From an uncultured Alphaproteobacteria bacterium (GTDB lineage: Bacteria > Pseudomonadota > Alphaproteobacteria > Rhodobacterales > Rhodobacteraceae): DNA of 64,000 nucleotides. Made by a program: the position numbers and the translations under genes. Below the pieces are notes generated by a model. The model ran no database searches and was not told the DNA's origin. It worked only from the letters and a program-made list of their open reading frames with translations. The DNA is taken from the NCBI GenBank assembly GCA_963707885.1, contig CAVPRV010000009.1:104676-168675 (forward strand), written 5' to 3'. Below, one piece after another: positions 1 to 13,015 of the stretch (its first letter is position 1; each line of letters starts with the position of its first letter).

Positions 1-1445
1 GGGCGCTGACGGCGGTGCTCAACGCCCGCCTGATCGGCATGATCGATCACCTGATCTCCGCCTGCGAGGCGCATATGAGCCATCTCGGCATCACGGCGCC
101 GCTCATGGTCGTGCGCGGCGACGGCGCGCTCGTCTCCGCCGCGTTGGCGCGGGAACGGCCGATCGAGACGATCCTCTCCGGCCCCGCCGCCTCCATCGCC
201 GGCGCGAGCTGGCTGACCGGAGAGACCGATGCGCTCGTCTCCGATATCGGCGGGACGACGACGGATGTCTGCCTCCTGAAGGATGGCAAGCCGATGATCG
301 ACCCGATGGGCGCCCGCGTCGGAGCGTTCCGCACGATGGTCGAGGCGGTGGCGATGCGCACGACCGGCCTCGGCGGCGACAGTGAGGTGCATCTGGTCGA
401 GGGGCTGGAGACCGGGCTCCGCCTCGGACCCCGCCGGCTGGTGCCGGTGGCGCTCGCCGCGCGCGACTGGCCGGGGCTGGTGCATGACGCGCTCGACGGC
501 TGGCTGTCGCAGGATGCGACCGGCGAGCATGTCGGCCGCTTCGCCCTGCCGATGTGGCGCGGCACGCCGCCCGAGGGGCTTCAGGGCCGCGAAAGCGCGG
601 TGGTCGAGTGTCTGCTCGACGGCCCGGTGCGGCTCGCCGACGCGGTCCGCACCCGGCTCGAGTTGCCGGCGCTGATGCGTCTCGTCTCGCGCGGGCAGGT
701 GATGATCGCGGGCGTCACGCCCTCGGATGCGGCGCATGTGCTCGGCCGGCTCGACAGTTGGGATGCCGAGGCCGCTCGCAAGGCCGTGACCCTCTTCGCC
801 CGGCGCCGCAACGGGAGCGGCGACCGGATCGCGGCGGGGCCGGAGGCGCTGGCCGAGCGGATCATCGACCAGCTGACCGCGCAGACCGTCGATTGCCTTC
901 TGGAGGCTGCCTTTGCCGAGGACAGCCACGACTGGGGCGAGGCCCCGGAAGCACTTGCGCGCCATCCGCTGATGCGGGCGGGGCTCGACCGGCATTCAGG
1001 TGTAATTCGGCTTTCGGCCAGCCTCGGTGTGCCGGTGATCGGCCTCGGCGCCTCGGCGCCAAGTTATTACGGAGCGGTGGGGGATCGCCTCGACGCGCGG
1101 ACGATCCTGCCCGAACATGCCGGCGTCGCCAACGCCATCGGCGCCGTGGTCGGCCAGATCGCCATGCATGCCGAAGGCATCGTGACAAGCCCAGGCCCCG
1201 GCCTTTTCGCCGCCCACCTGCCGGATGGACCGCACCGCTTCAACGACCGCGACAAGGCGCTCGCCGCACTTGAAGCGGCGCTGACCGCCGACGCCACCGA
1301 CCGCGCCCGCCGCGCCGGGGTCGAGGAGCTGCGGGTGACGGTGTCGCGCGAGATCAGCGAGATCGGGGTCGAGGGCCAGTCGATGTTCATCGAGGCCCGG
1401 CTCCGCGTGACTGCGCAGGGTCGGCCGCGGATCGCCACGGGATAG
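1..1445 (+). CDS. Hydantoinase/oxoprolinase family protein (5'-truncated by window edge)
   Basis: ILSGPAAS and DIGGTTTD motifs of the Hydantoinase_A actin-like fold; frame open from the window start. Confidence 0.85.
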   Translation, partial: ALTAVLNARLIGMIDHLISACEAHMSHLGITAPLMVVRGDGALVSAALARERPIETILSGPAASIAGASWLTGETDALVSDIGGTTTDVCLLKDGKPMIDPMGARVGAFRTMVEAVAMRTTGLGGDSEVHLVEGLETGLRLGPRRLVPVALAARDWPGLVHDALDGWLSQDATGEHVGRFALPMWRGTPPEGLQGRESAVVECLLDGPVRLADAVRTRLELPALMRLVSRGQVMIAGVTPSDAAHVLGRLDSWDAEAARKAVTLFARRRNGSGDRIAAGPEALAERIIDQLTAQTVDCLLEAAFAEDSHDWGEAPEALARHPLMRAGLDRHSGVIRLSASLGVPVIGLGASAPSYYGAVGDRLDARTILPEHAGVANAIGAVVGQIAMHAEGIVTSPGPGLFAAHLPDGPHRFNDRDKALAALEAALTADATDRARRAGVEELRVTVSREISEIGVEGQSMFIEARLRVTAQGRPRIATG

Positions 1446-1518
1446 GCCGGGATCTCTCTCTCCTTCAGGCACCGCCGCTCGCCACCCGGGAGGGCGCGTG
1501 CCTTCACACCTGAGGGGC

Positions 1519-2715
1519 TTAGCCCCCAGGCAGCCCCGCCTCGGCGGCGATCTCGGCCCGGCTCTTGCGGGCGCGCTCGGTCGCCGATTTGAGCTGGCCG
1601 CAGGCAGCCATGATGTCCTCGCCCCTCGGCGTGCGGATCGGCGAGGCATAGCCGGCCTTGTAGACGATGTCGGCAAACGCCTCGATCCGCTCCCAGTCGG
1701 AGCGCAGATAAGGCGCGCCCGGCCATTCGTTGAACGGGATGAGGTTGATCTTGGCAGGAATGCCGCGGATCAGCTTCACGAGGCGCTTGGCGTCCGCGTC
1801 GCTGTCGTTCACGCCCTTCAGCATCACGTATTCGAAGGTGATGCGTTCGGAGTTCGACAGCCGCGGATAGTCGCGCAAAGTCGCCAGCAGAGTCTCGATG
1901 TTCCAGCGCTTGTTGATCGGCACCAGCCGGTCGCGCACCTCGTCGGTCGTCGCATGGAACGACACGGCCAGAAGGCAGCCAATCTCCTCGGCCGCCCGGG
2001 CGATCTCGGGCACGACACCGCTGGTCGACAAGGTGATCCGACGGCGAGAGATCGTCAGCCCCTCGCCGTCCATCACGATCTTCATCGCGTCGCGAACATT
2101 GTCGAAGTTGTATAGCGGCTCGCCCATCCCCATCAGGACGACATTCGACACCAGCCGCGTCTCGTCCTTCGGCGCGCCCTGAACGGGCCACTCGCCAAGA
2201 TCGTCGCGGGCGAGCATCACCTGCCCGACGATCTCGGCCGCCGTGAGGTTGCGCACCAGCTTCTGCGTGCCGGTATGGCAGAACGAACAGGTCAGCGTGC
2301 AGCCGACCTGGGACGAGATGCAGAGCGTACCGCGATTTTCCTCGGGGATATAGACCGTCTCGACCTCATGCCCGCCGGCGATGCGCAGAAGGTACTTGCG
2401 CGTCCCGTCGGCCGAGACCTGCCGTGTCACCACCTCGGGCAGTGCGATCTCGAACCGCTCGGCCAGCAGCGCCCGGTAGTCCTTGGCAAGGTTGGTCATC
2501 GCCGCGAAATCGCGCACGCCCCAATGGTAGATCCATTGCCAGATCTGCCCCACGCGCATTTTCGCCTGCTTTTCCGGCGTGCCGGCAGCGATGAGCGCGT
2601 CGCGCAATCCCTCACGGGTGAGGCCGACAAGGTTCATCCGCCCGCCGTCGGGCAGTTTGCGGGCGATCGTCACCACATCCTGGGTGATCGGCGCACTGAG
2701 GCTCTGTTCGGTCAT
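1519..2715 (-). CDS. rlmN: 23S rRNA m2A2503 / tRNA m2A37 methyltransferase RlmN
   Basis: [15 protein letters not shown] radical SAM motif, MGMGEP, C-terminal AACGQL. Confidence 0.97.
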   Translation of the reverse strand: MTEQSLSAPITQDVVTIARKLPDGGRMNLVGLTREGLRDALIAAGTPEKQAKMRVGQIWQWIYHWGVRDFAAMTNLAKDYRALLAERFEIALPEVVTRQVSADGTRKYLLRIAGGHEVETVYIPEENRGTLCISSQVGCTLTCSFCHTGTQKLVRNLTAAEIVGQVMLARDDLGEWPVQGAPKDETRLVSNVVLMGMGEPLYNFDNVRDAMKIVMDGEGLTISRRRITLSTSGVVPEIARAAEEIGCLLAVSFHATTDEVRDRLVPINKRWNIETLLATLRDYPRLSNSERITFEYVMLKGVNDSDADAKRLVKLIRGIPAKINLIPFNEWPGAPYLRSDWERIEAFADIVYKAGYASPIRTPRGEDIMAACGQLKSATERARKSRAEIAAEAGLPGG

Positions 2716-2830
2716 CTGCAATATCTCGGAACGGTCGAAGACCAGTCATATAGGCGATTGCGGGGCAAAACGGAACACCTGCCGCTGCGCCCCCCGCGCA
2801 GAGCCTAACATCGCAGTCGGATGGAGAAAG

Positions 2831-2906
2831 TGGTGAGCCGGTCGGGGCTCGAACCCGAGACCTACTGATTAAAAGTCAGTTGCTCTACCAACTGAGCTAC
2901 CGGCCC
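2831..2906 (-). tRNA. tRNA-Lys(TTT)
   Basis: Reverse complement GGGCCGGTAGCTCAGTTGGTAGAGCAACTGACTTTTAATCAG...GGTTCGAGCCCCGACCGGCTCACCA; cloverleaf, anticodon TTT, encoded CCA. Confidence 0.97.
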
Positions 2907-3003
2907 ATCACAGGGCGTCTCTTTATGAACCCCGTCCGGGGCGGTCAAGTGTAAAAGCAGGCGCCACTGGCAAAATCCCCGTGCCCGGCGTATATCGCGG
3001 GCG

Positions 3004-3844
3004 ATGAAGGACGCACGACCCTCCGCCGGCCTGCCGTTCATGAAGATGCACGGTGCGGGCAATGACTTCGTGATCATCGATTCACGGGGGCGGAATGCCG
3101 TGACCACCGCCGCCCTCGCCGCCGCGCTTGGCGATCGGCATCGGGGCGTCGGCTTCGACCAACTGGCCGAGATCCGCGACGCGACGGGCGCCGATTACAC
3201 GCTCGACTTCTGGAATTCCGACGGCAGCCGCGCCGGGGCCTGCGGCAACGCCTCGCGCTGCGTCGCCGATCATGTCATGGCCGGCCTCGGCCGCGACCGC
3301 GTGACCTTCACGACCGAGCGCGGCACCCTTGCCGCCCTCCGCCATGCCGATGGCCTCGTCAGCGTCAACATGGGCGCGCCGCTTCTCGACTGGGCCGAGG
3401 TGCCGCTCGCTGAACCCGCCGACCTCCTGCACCTGCCGATCGACGGCGATCCGGTCGCCGTCGGCATGGGCAACCCGCATTGCGTCTTCTTCGTCACCGA
3501 TGCCGAGACGGTGGACCTCGCCGCCGATGGGGCCGCGATGGAGCATCACCCGCTTTTTCCCAAGGCGACCAATGTCGAATTCGCCACCCTGACCGGCCCC
3601 GACCATCTGCGGATGCGGGTCTGGGAACGCGGCGCCGGCATCACGCTCGCCTGCGGCTCCGGCGCCTGCGCCACCGCCGTTGCCGCGCATCTGCGCGGGC
3701 TGACCGGGCGCAAGGTCACGCCTCGACCTCGACGGCGGTACGCTGGAGATCGACTGGCGCGAGGATGGCGTCTGGATGACCGGCCCCATCGCGCATGTCT
3801 TCGACGGCGACTCTGACGCCGGCCTTCCTCGCCCATACGCATGA
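3004..3844 (+). CDS. dapF: Diaminopimelate epimerase (frameshift near 3720, probably artefact)
   Basis: [40 protein letters not shown]; C-terminus [13 protein letters not shown] continues in another frame. Confidence 0.93.
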
Positions 3845-5102
3845 GCGCGCCGGTCTTCTCCACCCTCGGCTGCCGTCTCAACGCCTATGAGACGGAGGCG
3901 ATGAAGGAACTGGCCGACGCGGCCGGGATCGAAGGCGCGGTCGTCGTCAACACCTGCGCCGTCACCGCCGAGGCCGTGCGCAAGGCCAAGCAGGAAATCC
4001 GCAAGCTTCGCCGCGAAAACCCCGACGCAACGCTGATCGTCACCGGCTGCGCCGCCCAGACCGAACCCGAGACCTTCGCCGCCATGCCCGAGGTGACCCG
4101 CGTCATCGGCAATACCGAAAAGATGCAGGCCGCCACCTGGGCCACGCTGCACGACCCCCGATCTGATCGGCGAGACCGAGAAGGTGCATGGTCGACGACA
4201 TCATGTCCGTGACCGAAACCGCCGGCCACCTGATCGACGGTTTCGGCCGCCACCGCGCCTATGTGCAGGTGCAGAACGGCTGCGATCACCGCTGCACCTT
4301 CTGCATCATCCCCTACGGGCGCGGCAATTCGCGCTCGGTCCCGGCAGGCGTCGTGGTCGAACAGATCAAGCGGCTGGTGGACAAGGGCTTCCTCGAGGTT
4401 GTGCTGACCGGCGTCGACCTGACCTCGTGGGGCGCCGACCTGCCCGGCGCGCCGCGCCTCGGCGATCTGGTGATGCGCATCCTGCGACTCGTGCCCGGAC
4501 CTGCGCGCGGCTCCGCATCTCGTCGATCGATCAGATCGAGGCGGACGAGAACCTGATGCAGGCCATCGCCACCGAACCACGGCTGATGCCGCACCTGCAT
4601 CTGAGCCTCCAGCACGGCGATGACATGATCCTGAAACGGATGAAGCGACGGCACCTGCGCGACGACGCGATCCGGTTTTGCGAGGAGGCCCGGCGCCTTC
4701 GCCCCGATATCGTCTTTGGCGCCGACATCATCGCCGGCTTCCCGACCGAAACCGAGGCAGATGTTCGACGAACGTCGCTGAAGCTCGTCCGCGATTGCGA
4801 CCTGACCTTCCTGCACGTCTTCCCCTATTCGCGCCCGCGACGGCACCCCCGCCGCGCGGATGCCGCAAGTGAAAGGCCCGACGATCCGCGACCGCGCCGC
4901 CCGCCTGCGCGCCGAAGGCGACGCCGCCCTCGCCCGCCACCTCGCGGCGCAGCAGGGCCGCACCCACCGCATCCTGACCGAAGGCCCGCGCATGGGCCGA
5001 ACCGAACAGTTCACCGAAGTGGCCTTCGACGAGGATCAGCCCGAAGGCACCATCGTCACCGCAAGGATCACCGGCGCCGGTACAGACCGCCTGACCGCCT
5101 GA
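3841..5102 (+). CDS. mtaB: tRNA t6A37 methylthiotransferase MtaB (several frameshifts)
   Basis: [36 protein letters not shown] and HVFPYS spread over ORF pieces; typical dapF-mtaB synteny. Confidence 0.9.
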
Positions 5103-5160
5103 TCCTCACCTTGGGCGAAATATCTCCGGGAGGTCCGGAGGGCAGGCAGCCCTCCGGTCC
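5103..5160 (-). repeat. Intergenic hairpin repeat, copy 1
   Basis: Reverse complement CCGGAGGGCTGCCTGCCCTCCGG-ACCTCCCGGAGATATTTCGCCCAAGGTGAG resembles copies at 10680, 14183 and 34205. Confidence 0.65.
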
Positions 5161-5167
5161 CACAGCA

Positions 5168-5602
5168 TCATGCCGCGACTGCCGCCCGAACCCGCGCGAC
5201 GGCAATCGCCGCGTTCGCAGCTTCGCGGCCCTTGAGCACGAAATGCTCACGAAAGAAGGCCGTCAGCGCCTCGGTCTCCTGGTAATTGTGCGGCGTCAGC
5301 ACCACCGACAGGACCGGGACATCGGTATCCATCTGTGCCCGCATCAGGCCCTCCAAGACGGTCGCGGCGACGAAATCGTGGCGGTAGATGCCGCCATCGA
5401 CGACGAAGGCCGCACCAACGATGGCGGCGTAGCGGCCCGACCTGGCCAGATCGCGCGCGAGAAGCGGAATCTCGAACGCGCCGGGCACATCGAAGACGTC
5501 GATCTCGGCCGCGCCGATGGCATCGCGGAACCCGTCCAATGCGCGGTCCACGATATCAGCATGCCAGTTGGCCTTGATGAACGCATAGCGGGTGTGTGTC
5601 AT
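5168..5602 (-). CDS. ribH2: 6,7-dimethyl-8-ribityllumazine synthase, type II (RibH2-like)
   Basis: [34 protein letters not shown]; upstream RBS AAGGAG and FMN riboswitch. Confidence 0.9.
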   Translation of the reverse strand: MTHTRYAFIKANWHADIVDRALDGFRDAIGAAEIDVFDVPGAFEIPLLARDLARSGRYAAIVGAAFVVDGGIYRHDFVAATVLEGLMRAQMDTDVPVLSVVLTPHNYQETEALTAFFREHFVLKGREAANAAIAVARVRAAVAA

Positions 5603-5681
5603 TCGTGATCTCCTTTCAAAAGTGACACGTCACCCAAGGCGATCACGGACAGGGCGGGCCCGTTCCGGGTTCCGCCTTGCA

Positions 5682-5823
5682 CGTTCTCTTCCATCCGGAC
5701 TGTAACCGTCGGCCCCGGCCTCTCACCGGGTCTGCTGACCCCCGGACCGAAATCCGGGGCGCTCGCGGGCTCGGGGGATCACCCCATACCGCCGGTGGGG
5801 AATTCCGCCCCGCCCTGAGAACG
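5682..5823 (-). ncRNA. FMN riboswitch (RFN element)
   Basis: Reverse complement CGTTCTCAGGGCGGGGCGGAATTCCCCACCGGCGGTA...AGCCCGCGAGCG...GTCAGCAGACCCGGTGAGAGGCCGGGGCCGACGGTTACAGTCCGGATGGAAGAGAACG matches the RFN consensus; lies upstream of ribH2. Confidence 0.96.
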
Positions 5824-6128
5824 CCGCCAGAATGCCTGCGGCGGCGACGTGGGGCAAGAGGCGTGCGAATACTTTCGTTCCGGCCCACGCGCGACCTCAA
5901 ACCGTTCTGGGTGAATCGGTTGACCTCGTTCTTCACACGTCAAAGGCGCCGGGCCGGTGCGCGGACGGGTGTGTCGGTTTGAAGCGGGCTTCAGATTGGA
6001 ACGGGCAGACCCCGGGCGAAGACGAAACGAGCGGAGTGGGAATGCATGACCAATCTTGAATGGACAGAGCCCGGACCCGCCCCTAGCATCGCCCCCGTAC
6101 CGATCCCGGACCAGCCAAGGAGGGTCCC

Positions 6129-6419
6129 ATGCCGCTTCCCCTTGCCCCCATCGCCGGCGTCGCGCTCCGTTACGGCATCCGCTACGGCGCCCTCGCGGTC
6201 GCGGCTTACGGTGTGAAACGCGCGCTCCGTAAGGGCCGCACCGACCAGCGCGCCGAGGATGCGATGGACCAGATGGCCGACGGCCTTGCCGTTCATCGCC
6301 CCACAGACCGCGCCCAGACAAACGGCGCCGCGCGCTTTCGCCGGGTGATCCGTTGGGGCGACCGCGCGGTCGAGATCGACGCCGCCGCCCTTGCCCGCTT
6401 CCGCATCCGGAAAGTCTGA
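6129..6419 (+). CDS. Conserved hypothetical protein (96 aa)
   Basis: RBS AAGGAGG, GC3-rich codons, hydrophobic N-terminus, co-oriented with the GST gene. Confidence 0.7.
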   Translation: MPLPLAPIAGVALRYGIRYGALAVAAYGVKRALRKGRTDQRAEDAMDQMADGLAVHRPTDRAQTNGAARFRRVIRWGDRAVEIDAAALARFRIRKV

Positions 6420-6429
6420 AAGGACCAAC

Positions 6430-7038
6430 ATGCGTCTCTTCCACTCGCCGACGACGCCCTTCGGGCGCAAGGTCATGGTGATGCTGATCGAAACCGGCCA
6501 GACCGGTGACCTCGAAGTGGTCTCGGCCTCCGGCACGCCGGTAGATCCCGGGTCGATGCCGCTCGGGACCAATCCCCTCGGCAAGATCCCGACGCTCGAG
6601 CTCGACGACGGCACGGCGATCTACGACAGCCGGGTGATCTGCCGATTCCTCGACGACCGTGCCGGCAGCAAGCTCTACCCGACGAAACCGCGCCTCTGGC
6701 GGACGCTGACGCTGGAGGCGACCGCCGACGGCATGTTGGACGCGGCGATCCTGATGCTCTACGAGTCCCGCATCCGCCCCGAGGACAAGCGTTTCGACGA
6801 TTGGGTTGAAGGCCAGTGGGCCAAGATCGCCCGCGCGCTCAACGCGCTCGAGGGAAGCTGGATGGAGCATCTGGACGGACCGCTCGACATGGGTCAGGTC
6901 GGGGTTGGCTGCGCGCTCTCCTACCTCGATTTTCGCCACGGCGTGCGCAACTGGCGCGCCGGCCACCCGAAGCTTGCCGCATGGCATGATAGTTTTGCCA
7001 ATCGCGACAGCATGAAGGCGACCGAGCCGCAGGGGTGA
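6430..7038 (+). CDS. Glutathione S-transferase family protein
   Basis: SPTTPFGRKV, NPLGKIPTL, IYDSRVIC. Confidence 0.9.
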   Translation: MRLFHSPTTPFGRKVMVMLIETGQTGDLEVVSASGTPVDPGSMPLGTNPLGKIPTLELDDGTAIYDSRVICRFLDDRAGSKLYPTKPRLWRTLTLEATADGMLDAAILMLYESRIRPEDKRFDDWVEGQWAKIARALNALEGSWMEHLDGPLDMGQVGVGCALSYLDFRHGVRNWRAGHPKLAAWHDSFANRDSMKATEPQG

Positions 7039-7673
7039 GCCTGAATTTCGCGCCTTTCCTCACGGTCTGGGCGGTGCTGGCGATGAACATCGCCTCGCCG
7101 GGGCCGAACGTTCTCAATACAATTACTACAGCGATGGGATCGGGGCGCGGGCCGGGCCTGGCTTCGGCGGCGGGGGTGGCGCTCGGCATCGGGCTCTGGT
7201 GCCTTGGCATGACCCTCGGCATGGCGGCGCTCTTTCAGGCAGTGCCGGCGACGCGGGCGCTTCTGACGCTGATCGCCATCGGCCTCCTCCTGTGGTTCGC
7301 CGCCCGCTACTTCCGGGCCGCCTGGGCCGGCTGGCGCCACGGCACGCGCAGCATCGCCGGGCAAGCGGACCTCGGTGCGCGCGCCTCGTTCCTGCGGTCG
7401 CTTTCGGTCAATGCGATGAACCCGAAGGCGCTGACCACCTGGGTGGTGATTCTGTCGCTCTTTCCAGTCGCGCACGCCCATGCTGGCGACATCGCCCTTC
7501 TGGGGGCCGGAGCGGCCACGATCGCCTTCGCGATCCACGCGGGCTACGCGCTCGCCTTCTCGACCCCGCCGGCGGCGAGGGTTTGGCTGCGCCTCGCTCC
7601 GGCGATCAATGGCGGCGTCGGGCTCTTCTTCGCCGGATTCGCGGCCAAGCTCGCCCTTGGGCTTTGGGGCTGA
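7035..7673 (+). CDS. LysE/RhtB family translocator
   Basis: SPGPN and NPKA motifs, multiple TM segments; GTGA overlap with the GST gene. Confidence 0.88.
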   Translation: MSLNFAPFLTVWAVLAMNIASPGPNVLNTITTAMGSGRGPGLASAAGVALGIGLWCLGMTLGMAALFQAVPATRALLTLIAIGLLLWFAARYFRAAWAGWRHGTRSIAGQADLGARASFLRSLSVNAMNPKALTTWVVILSLFPVAHAHAGDIALLGAGAATIAFAIHAGYALAFSTPPAARVWLRLAPAINGGVGLFFAGFAAKLALGLWG

Positions 7674-7956
7674 CAGTGTTGTTCCAGCATCTTGCGCTTG
7701 CGTCCCGGGCCCGGCGATTAGACCATGCCGGGCAAAAGGCGCGAAACGAAAAACGCCGCCTCCCGCCGGGCATCAGCGACCACCCGCCCATTCTTCCCGG
7801 GGCCCGCGCGCTGACGCGCCTGCGACACACCTGCCGTCATGCGCCCGAATGTCCGCTGGACGGGCTTGATTTTGACCGCTAATAACCGCCCCTGAAGGCT
7901 GCGGTAAGCCGCCGCCCCATTGACGCACGGCCGGACTGCCGGTCAGAGAAGGGAGA

Positions 7957-8526
7957 ATGTTCGTGTCCCACGCAGAAGACCACGCAGGCACCCGGAGGGA
8001 TTTCCTCTACTACGCCACGGCCGGGGCGGGCACCGTCGCCACCGGCGCCGCCGTCTGGACCCTCGCTGATCAGATGAATCCTTCGGCCGATGTTCAGGCG
8101 CTGTCGTCGATCTTCGTCGACACCTCCGGCGTCGAGGTGGGCACTCAGCTGACGGTCAAATGGCGCGGCAAGCCGGTTTTCATCCGCCGGCGGACCCAAA
8201 AGGAGATCGAGGAAGGCCGAGCCGTGCAGCTTTCCGATCTTGTGGACACCAACGCCGAGAACAAGAACCTGCCCGCCAATGCCGAGGCGACCGACGAAAA
8301 CCGGACCCTCGACAAGGAAGGTGAGTGGCTGGTCATGATCGGCGTCTGCACCCATCTGGGCTGCGTGCCGCTGGGCAACAATTCGGGCGATTTCGACGGC
8401 TGGTTCTGCCCCTGCCACGGATCGCACTACGACACGGCCGGACGCATCCGCAAAGGCCCGGCGCCGCGGAACCTCGATATTCCGTTGGCCGCCTTCACCG
8501 ACGACACCACGATCAAGCTGGGCTGA
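7957..8526 (+). CDS. petA: Ubiquinol-cytochrome c reductase Rieske Fe-S subunit
   Basis: Tat motif [20 protein letters not shown]. Confidence 0.97.
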   Translation: MFVSHAEDHAGTRRDFLYYATAGAGTVATGAAVWTLADQMNPSADVQALSSIFVDTSGVEVGTQLTVKWRGKPVFIRRRTQKEIEEGRAVQLSDLVDTNAENKNLPANAEATDENRTLDKEGEWLVMIGVCTHLGCVPLGNNSGDFDGWFCPCHGSHYDTAGRIRKGPAPRNLDIPLAAFTDDTTIKLG

Positions 8527-8535
8527 GGGGGCTGA

Positions 8536-9860
<1,325 letters not shown>

Positions 9861-9878
9861 CGGAAAGGATCGATTGAG

Positions 9879-10668
9879 ATGCTGAGAAAAATCGCAATCA
9901 TTGCCGCTTCCGCGCTCACGCTGTCAGGCAGTCGGCGCGGCATCGCGGCGGAAGGCGGCAGCATGTCGAGGATGTGGCCTTCTCCTTCGAAGGCCCGTTC
10001 GGCACGTTCGACGAGCACCAGCTTGCAGCGTGGCCTGCAGGTCTTTACCGAGGTCTGTTCGGCCTGCCACGGTATGAAGTTCGTGCCGATCCGGTCGCTC
10101 TCGGACGAAGGCGGCCCGCACCTGCCCGAAGACCAGGTGCGCGCCTATGCCAGCCAGTTCAGCGGTGGTCGACAAGGAAACGGGCGAGGAACGCGAGGCG
10201 ACGCCGAACCGACTTCTTCCCGCAATCCGGGGCGAGACGCGCCCGACCTTCGCTGATGGCCAAGGCGCGGGCCGGATTCCACGGACCCTACGGCACCGGG
10301 AATCAACCAGTTCTTCAAGGGCATCGGCGGACCGGAATACATCGTCACGCCATCCTGACCGGCTATACCGGGACGAAGTGAGCAGGCCGGTACGACCTTC
10401 TACGAGAACAACGCCTTCCTCGACGGGCTGATCGCGATGCAGCCCGCCGCTCTCCGACGGGCTGGTGACTATCGGACGGTCACGAGCCACGGTCGATCAG
10501 ATGTCCAAGGACGTCGCGCCTTCCTGATGTGGACGGCGGAGCCGAAGATGATGGAGCGCAAGCAGCGCGGGCTTCGTCGCGGTGCTGTTCCTCGGCCTGC
10601 TGACGGTTCTGCTCTATCTCACGAACAAGCGGCTCTGGGCGCCCCACAAGGGCAAGAAGACCGCCTGA
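9879..10668 (+). CDS. petC: Cytochrome c1 (multiple frameshifts)
   Basis: [17 protein letters not shown] heme motif, [11 protein letters not shown]-terminal TM then LYLTNKRLW. Confidence 0.92.
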
Positions 10669-10679
10669 TTTCACGGCAA

Positions 10680-10731
10680 GGCCGGGGGCGCCGCCCCCGG
10701 ACCCCCGAGGTATTTTCGAACAGAAGATGAA
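10680..10731 (+). repeat. Intergenic hairpin repeat, copy 2
   Basis: GGCCGGGGGCGCCGCCCCCGGACCCCCGAGGTATTTTCGAACAGAAGATGAA. Confidence 0.7.
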
Positions 10732-10759
10732 AAGGCGCTCCGTTCGGGCGCGCCTTTTT
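10730..10759. terminator. Bidirectional intrinsic terminator between petC and thiQ
   Basis: AAAAGGCGC...GCGCCTTTTT stem with A/T tracts on both sides, between convergent genes. Confidence 0.75.
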
Positions 10760-11453
10760 CATGTGCCGAGATAGGCGGCGAGCGCCGGGGGCGGGTTGTC
10801 GAGAAGCGCCTGCGTTGGCTCCGGTGGTGAGGCGCGTCCCTTCGGCGACGACGACGGTTTCGCGGGAGAACCGGCGGGCATCGTCGGGATCGTGGCTGAC
10901 CATCAGCACCGTCGCGCCGGTTTCGGAGGCAATGTCCGAGACGAGGTCGAGCATCTCGTCCTTGAGGGCCGGGCCGAGCGCGGAGAAGGGTTCGTCCAGC
11001 AGCATCAGCGGCTGGCTCCGCAGGAGGACCCGGGCCAGCGCGACGCGGCTTTGCTGGCCGCCCGACAGCGTGCCGGGCCTGCGGTCCGCCATGCCCGCAA
11101 GGCCGGTGCGGCCCAGCGCCTCGCCCACCCGGGCGGTCTCGGCCGCCGTAGCCGAGGTTCGGGCGCAGGCCGAGCCCGACATTCTGGGCGACGGTGAGAT
11201 GCGGAAAGAGGTTCTGGTCCTGAAACAGGATCGACAGCGGCCGTTCGCCCGGCGCAAGGCCGGACATATCCCGCCCCTTCCACAGGATGCGCCCGGACGC
11301 GGCCGGGAAGAAGCCCGAGATCACGGACAGCAACGTCGACTTGCCGGCGCCCGAGGGGCCGATGACGGCCACGCGCGCGCCCGTCGCGACGGCGAAATCC
11401 GCCGTAAGGCGGAAATCGTCCTGGGTGATGACGATGTTTTCAAGCACCAGCAT
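10759..11453 (-). CDS. thiQ: Thiamine ABC transporter ATP-binding protein (frameshifted)
   Basis: GPSGAGKST, FQDQNLFPHLTV, LSGGQQSR, LLDEPFSAL. Confidence 0.9.
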
Positions 11454-13015
11454 CGGCGCGTCCTCCGCGGTCGAAGATCCAGAAGAGACCGAGGCTGAGC
11501 GCGAGAAGAAGTACCGCCGCCCCCGCCGCATCCGCCATCCGGTAAGCCCCCATCAGCCGGTAGAGCTGCAGCGGCAGTGTGATGTGGTCGGCGTCGGCGA
11601 AGAGTGCGATGACCCCGAGGTCGCCCATCGACAGCGCCGCCGTCAGCCCGGCCGCGAAGCCGAGTGGCCGGCTGAGGCGCGGCAGGGTCAGGAGCCGGAG
11701 CCGCGCCAGCCCGCGCAGGCCGAGGCTCAGCGCGAGACGGCCGTAATCCGCCTCGAGATCGCGGGCGGCGGGGATCAGCGCCCGCAGCACGAAGGGCAGC
11801 GCCATCGCTGCGTTGACCACGACGGTGACTGGCAGGGCGAGATCGCCGGGGCTGGCCACCTGGCCGGAGCAGAAGGAAGAGACCGGTCCCGGTGACGAGC
11901 GACGACGTGGCGAGCGGCAGCATGCCCACCGTCTCCAGCATCCGCGCCCGGCCGCGACGCGCGACGCGAGGGAAAGCGGCAAGCGCGAGGCCCATCGCGA
12001 GCGCCGTCGATCCGAACGCGACGGCGACGGAGCGGAGGGCAGCACGCCAGACCGGTTCCGGCAGGGTCGCGAGGCGCGGCAGGCCGGCCGCAATGACGGA
12101 CCGTCGGAGCGGGGCGAGAAGGAACAGCGCGGCCAGCCCTAGAAGGATCGCGTCAAGCGCCCGCAGCCCGGAACCGCCGGCATCCCAGCGCGCTACCGGC
12201 CGGTCGAGCCCGGCACCGAAAGCCGACGGCACGGTCAAGCGCGCGGCGACGAGGGCGGTGACGGCACAGAGCGCGAGTTGCAGGCCCGCGAGATGGGCAG
12301 CGCGGCCGAGGTCGAAGTCGAAGCGGAAGGCCTGGTAGATCGCCAGTTCCACCGTCGTCGCCCTCGGCCCGCCGCCGAGCGTCAGCGCAACGGCGAAGCT
12401 GGTGAGGCAGATCAGAAAGATGGTGACGAAAATGCCGGGGGCAAGCGACTTCAGCATCGGTCGTTCGAGATGGCGCGCGACGTCGCCCGGGCCGAAGCCG
12501 AGCGAGGCGGCGAGCCGGAATCGTTCGGCCGGGATGGCGAGCCAGCCCTGCAGGAGGAGCCGCACCGCGAGCGGCAGGTTGAAGAAGACATGCGCCAGAA
12601 CGACGCCGCCGAAGCCGTAGATGGAGATCCGGCCGACGCCGAGCGCGGCAAGCCCGTCGTTGACGATGCCGGCACGGCCGAAGATGCCGAGGATGCCCAT
12701 CACCGCGACGATCACCGGCAGGATGAAGGGCGCGCCGAGAAGCGTGATCAGAAGCGCCCCGCCCCGGAAAGCGCCGCCGCGCCAGCGCCCGCGCGACCGG
12801 AATCGCCAAGCGCGAGGCTCAGCGCCGCCGAGACCGCCGCCTGGGTGACGGTGAACCGCAGGGCGGCCCAGTCGGCCGGGCCGAGCGCGCGCGACGGTCG
12901 CCGGCGCGGACGAGCACCGCGCCAAGCGTGCCGAGCGTCAGCGCGAGGACCAGCGAACCGCCGTCCCCGCGCCGAGCCGGAGCCCCGCGCTCAGCGGCTG
13001 AGCGCGGTCTGCCAT
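11440..13015 (-). CDS. thiP: Thiamine ABC transporter permease (frameshifted)
   Basis: LAHVFFNLPLA, LGGGPRATTVELAIYQA, SMGDLGVIALF, TLPLQLYRLMGAYR. Confidence 0.9.

Noticed and set aside
1466-1530. GGGGC-TTA-GCCCC hairpin region at the rlmN 3' end as a fifth repeat copy
   Set aside because: It lacks the TATTT..AAGATGAA tail and occurs once in the window.
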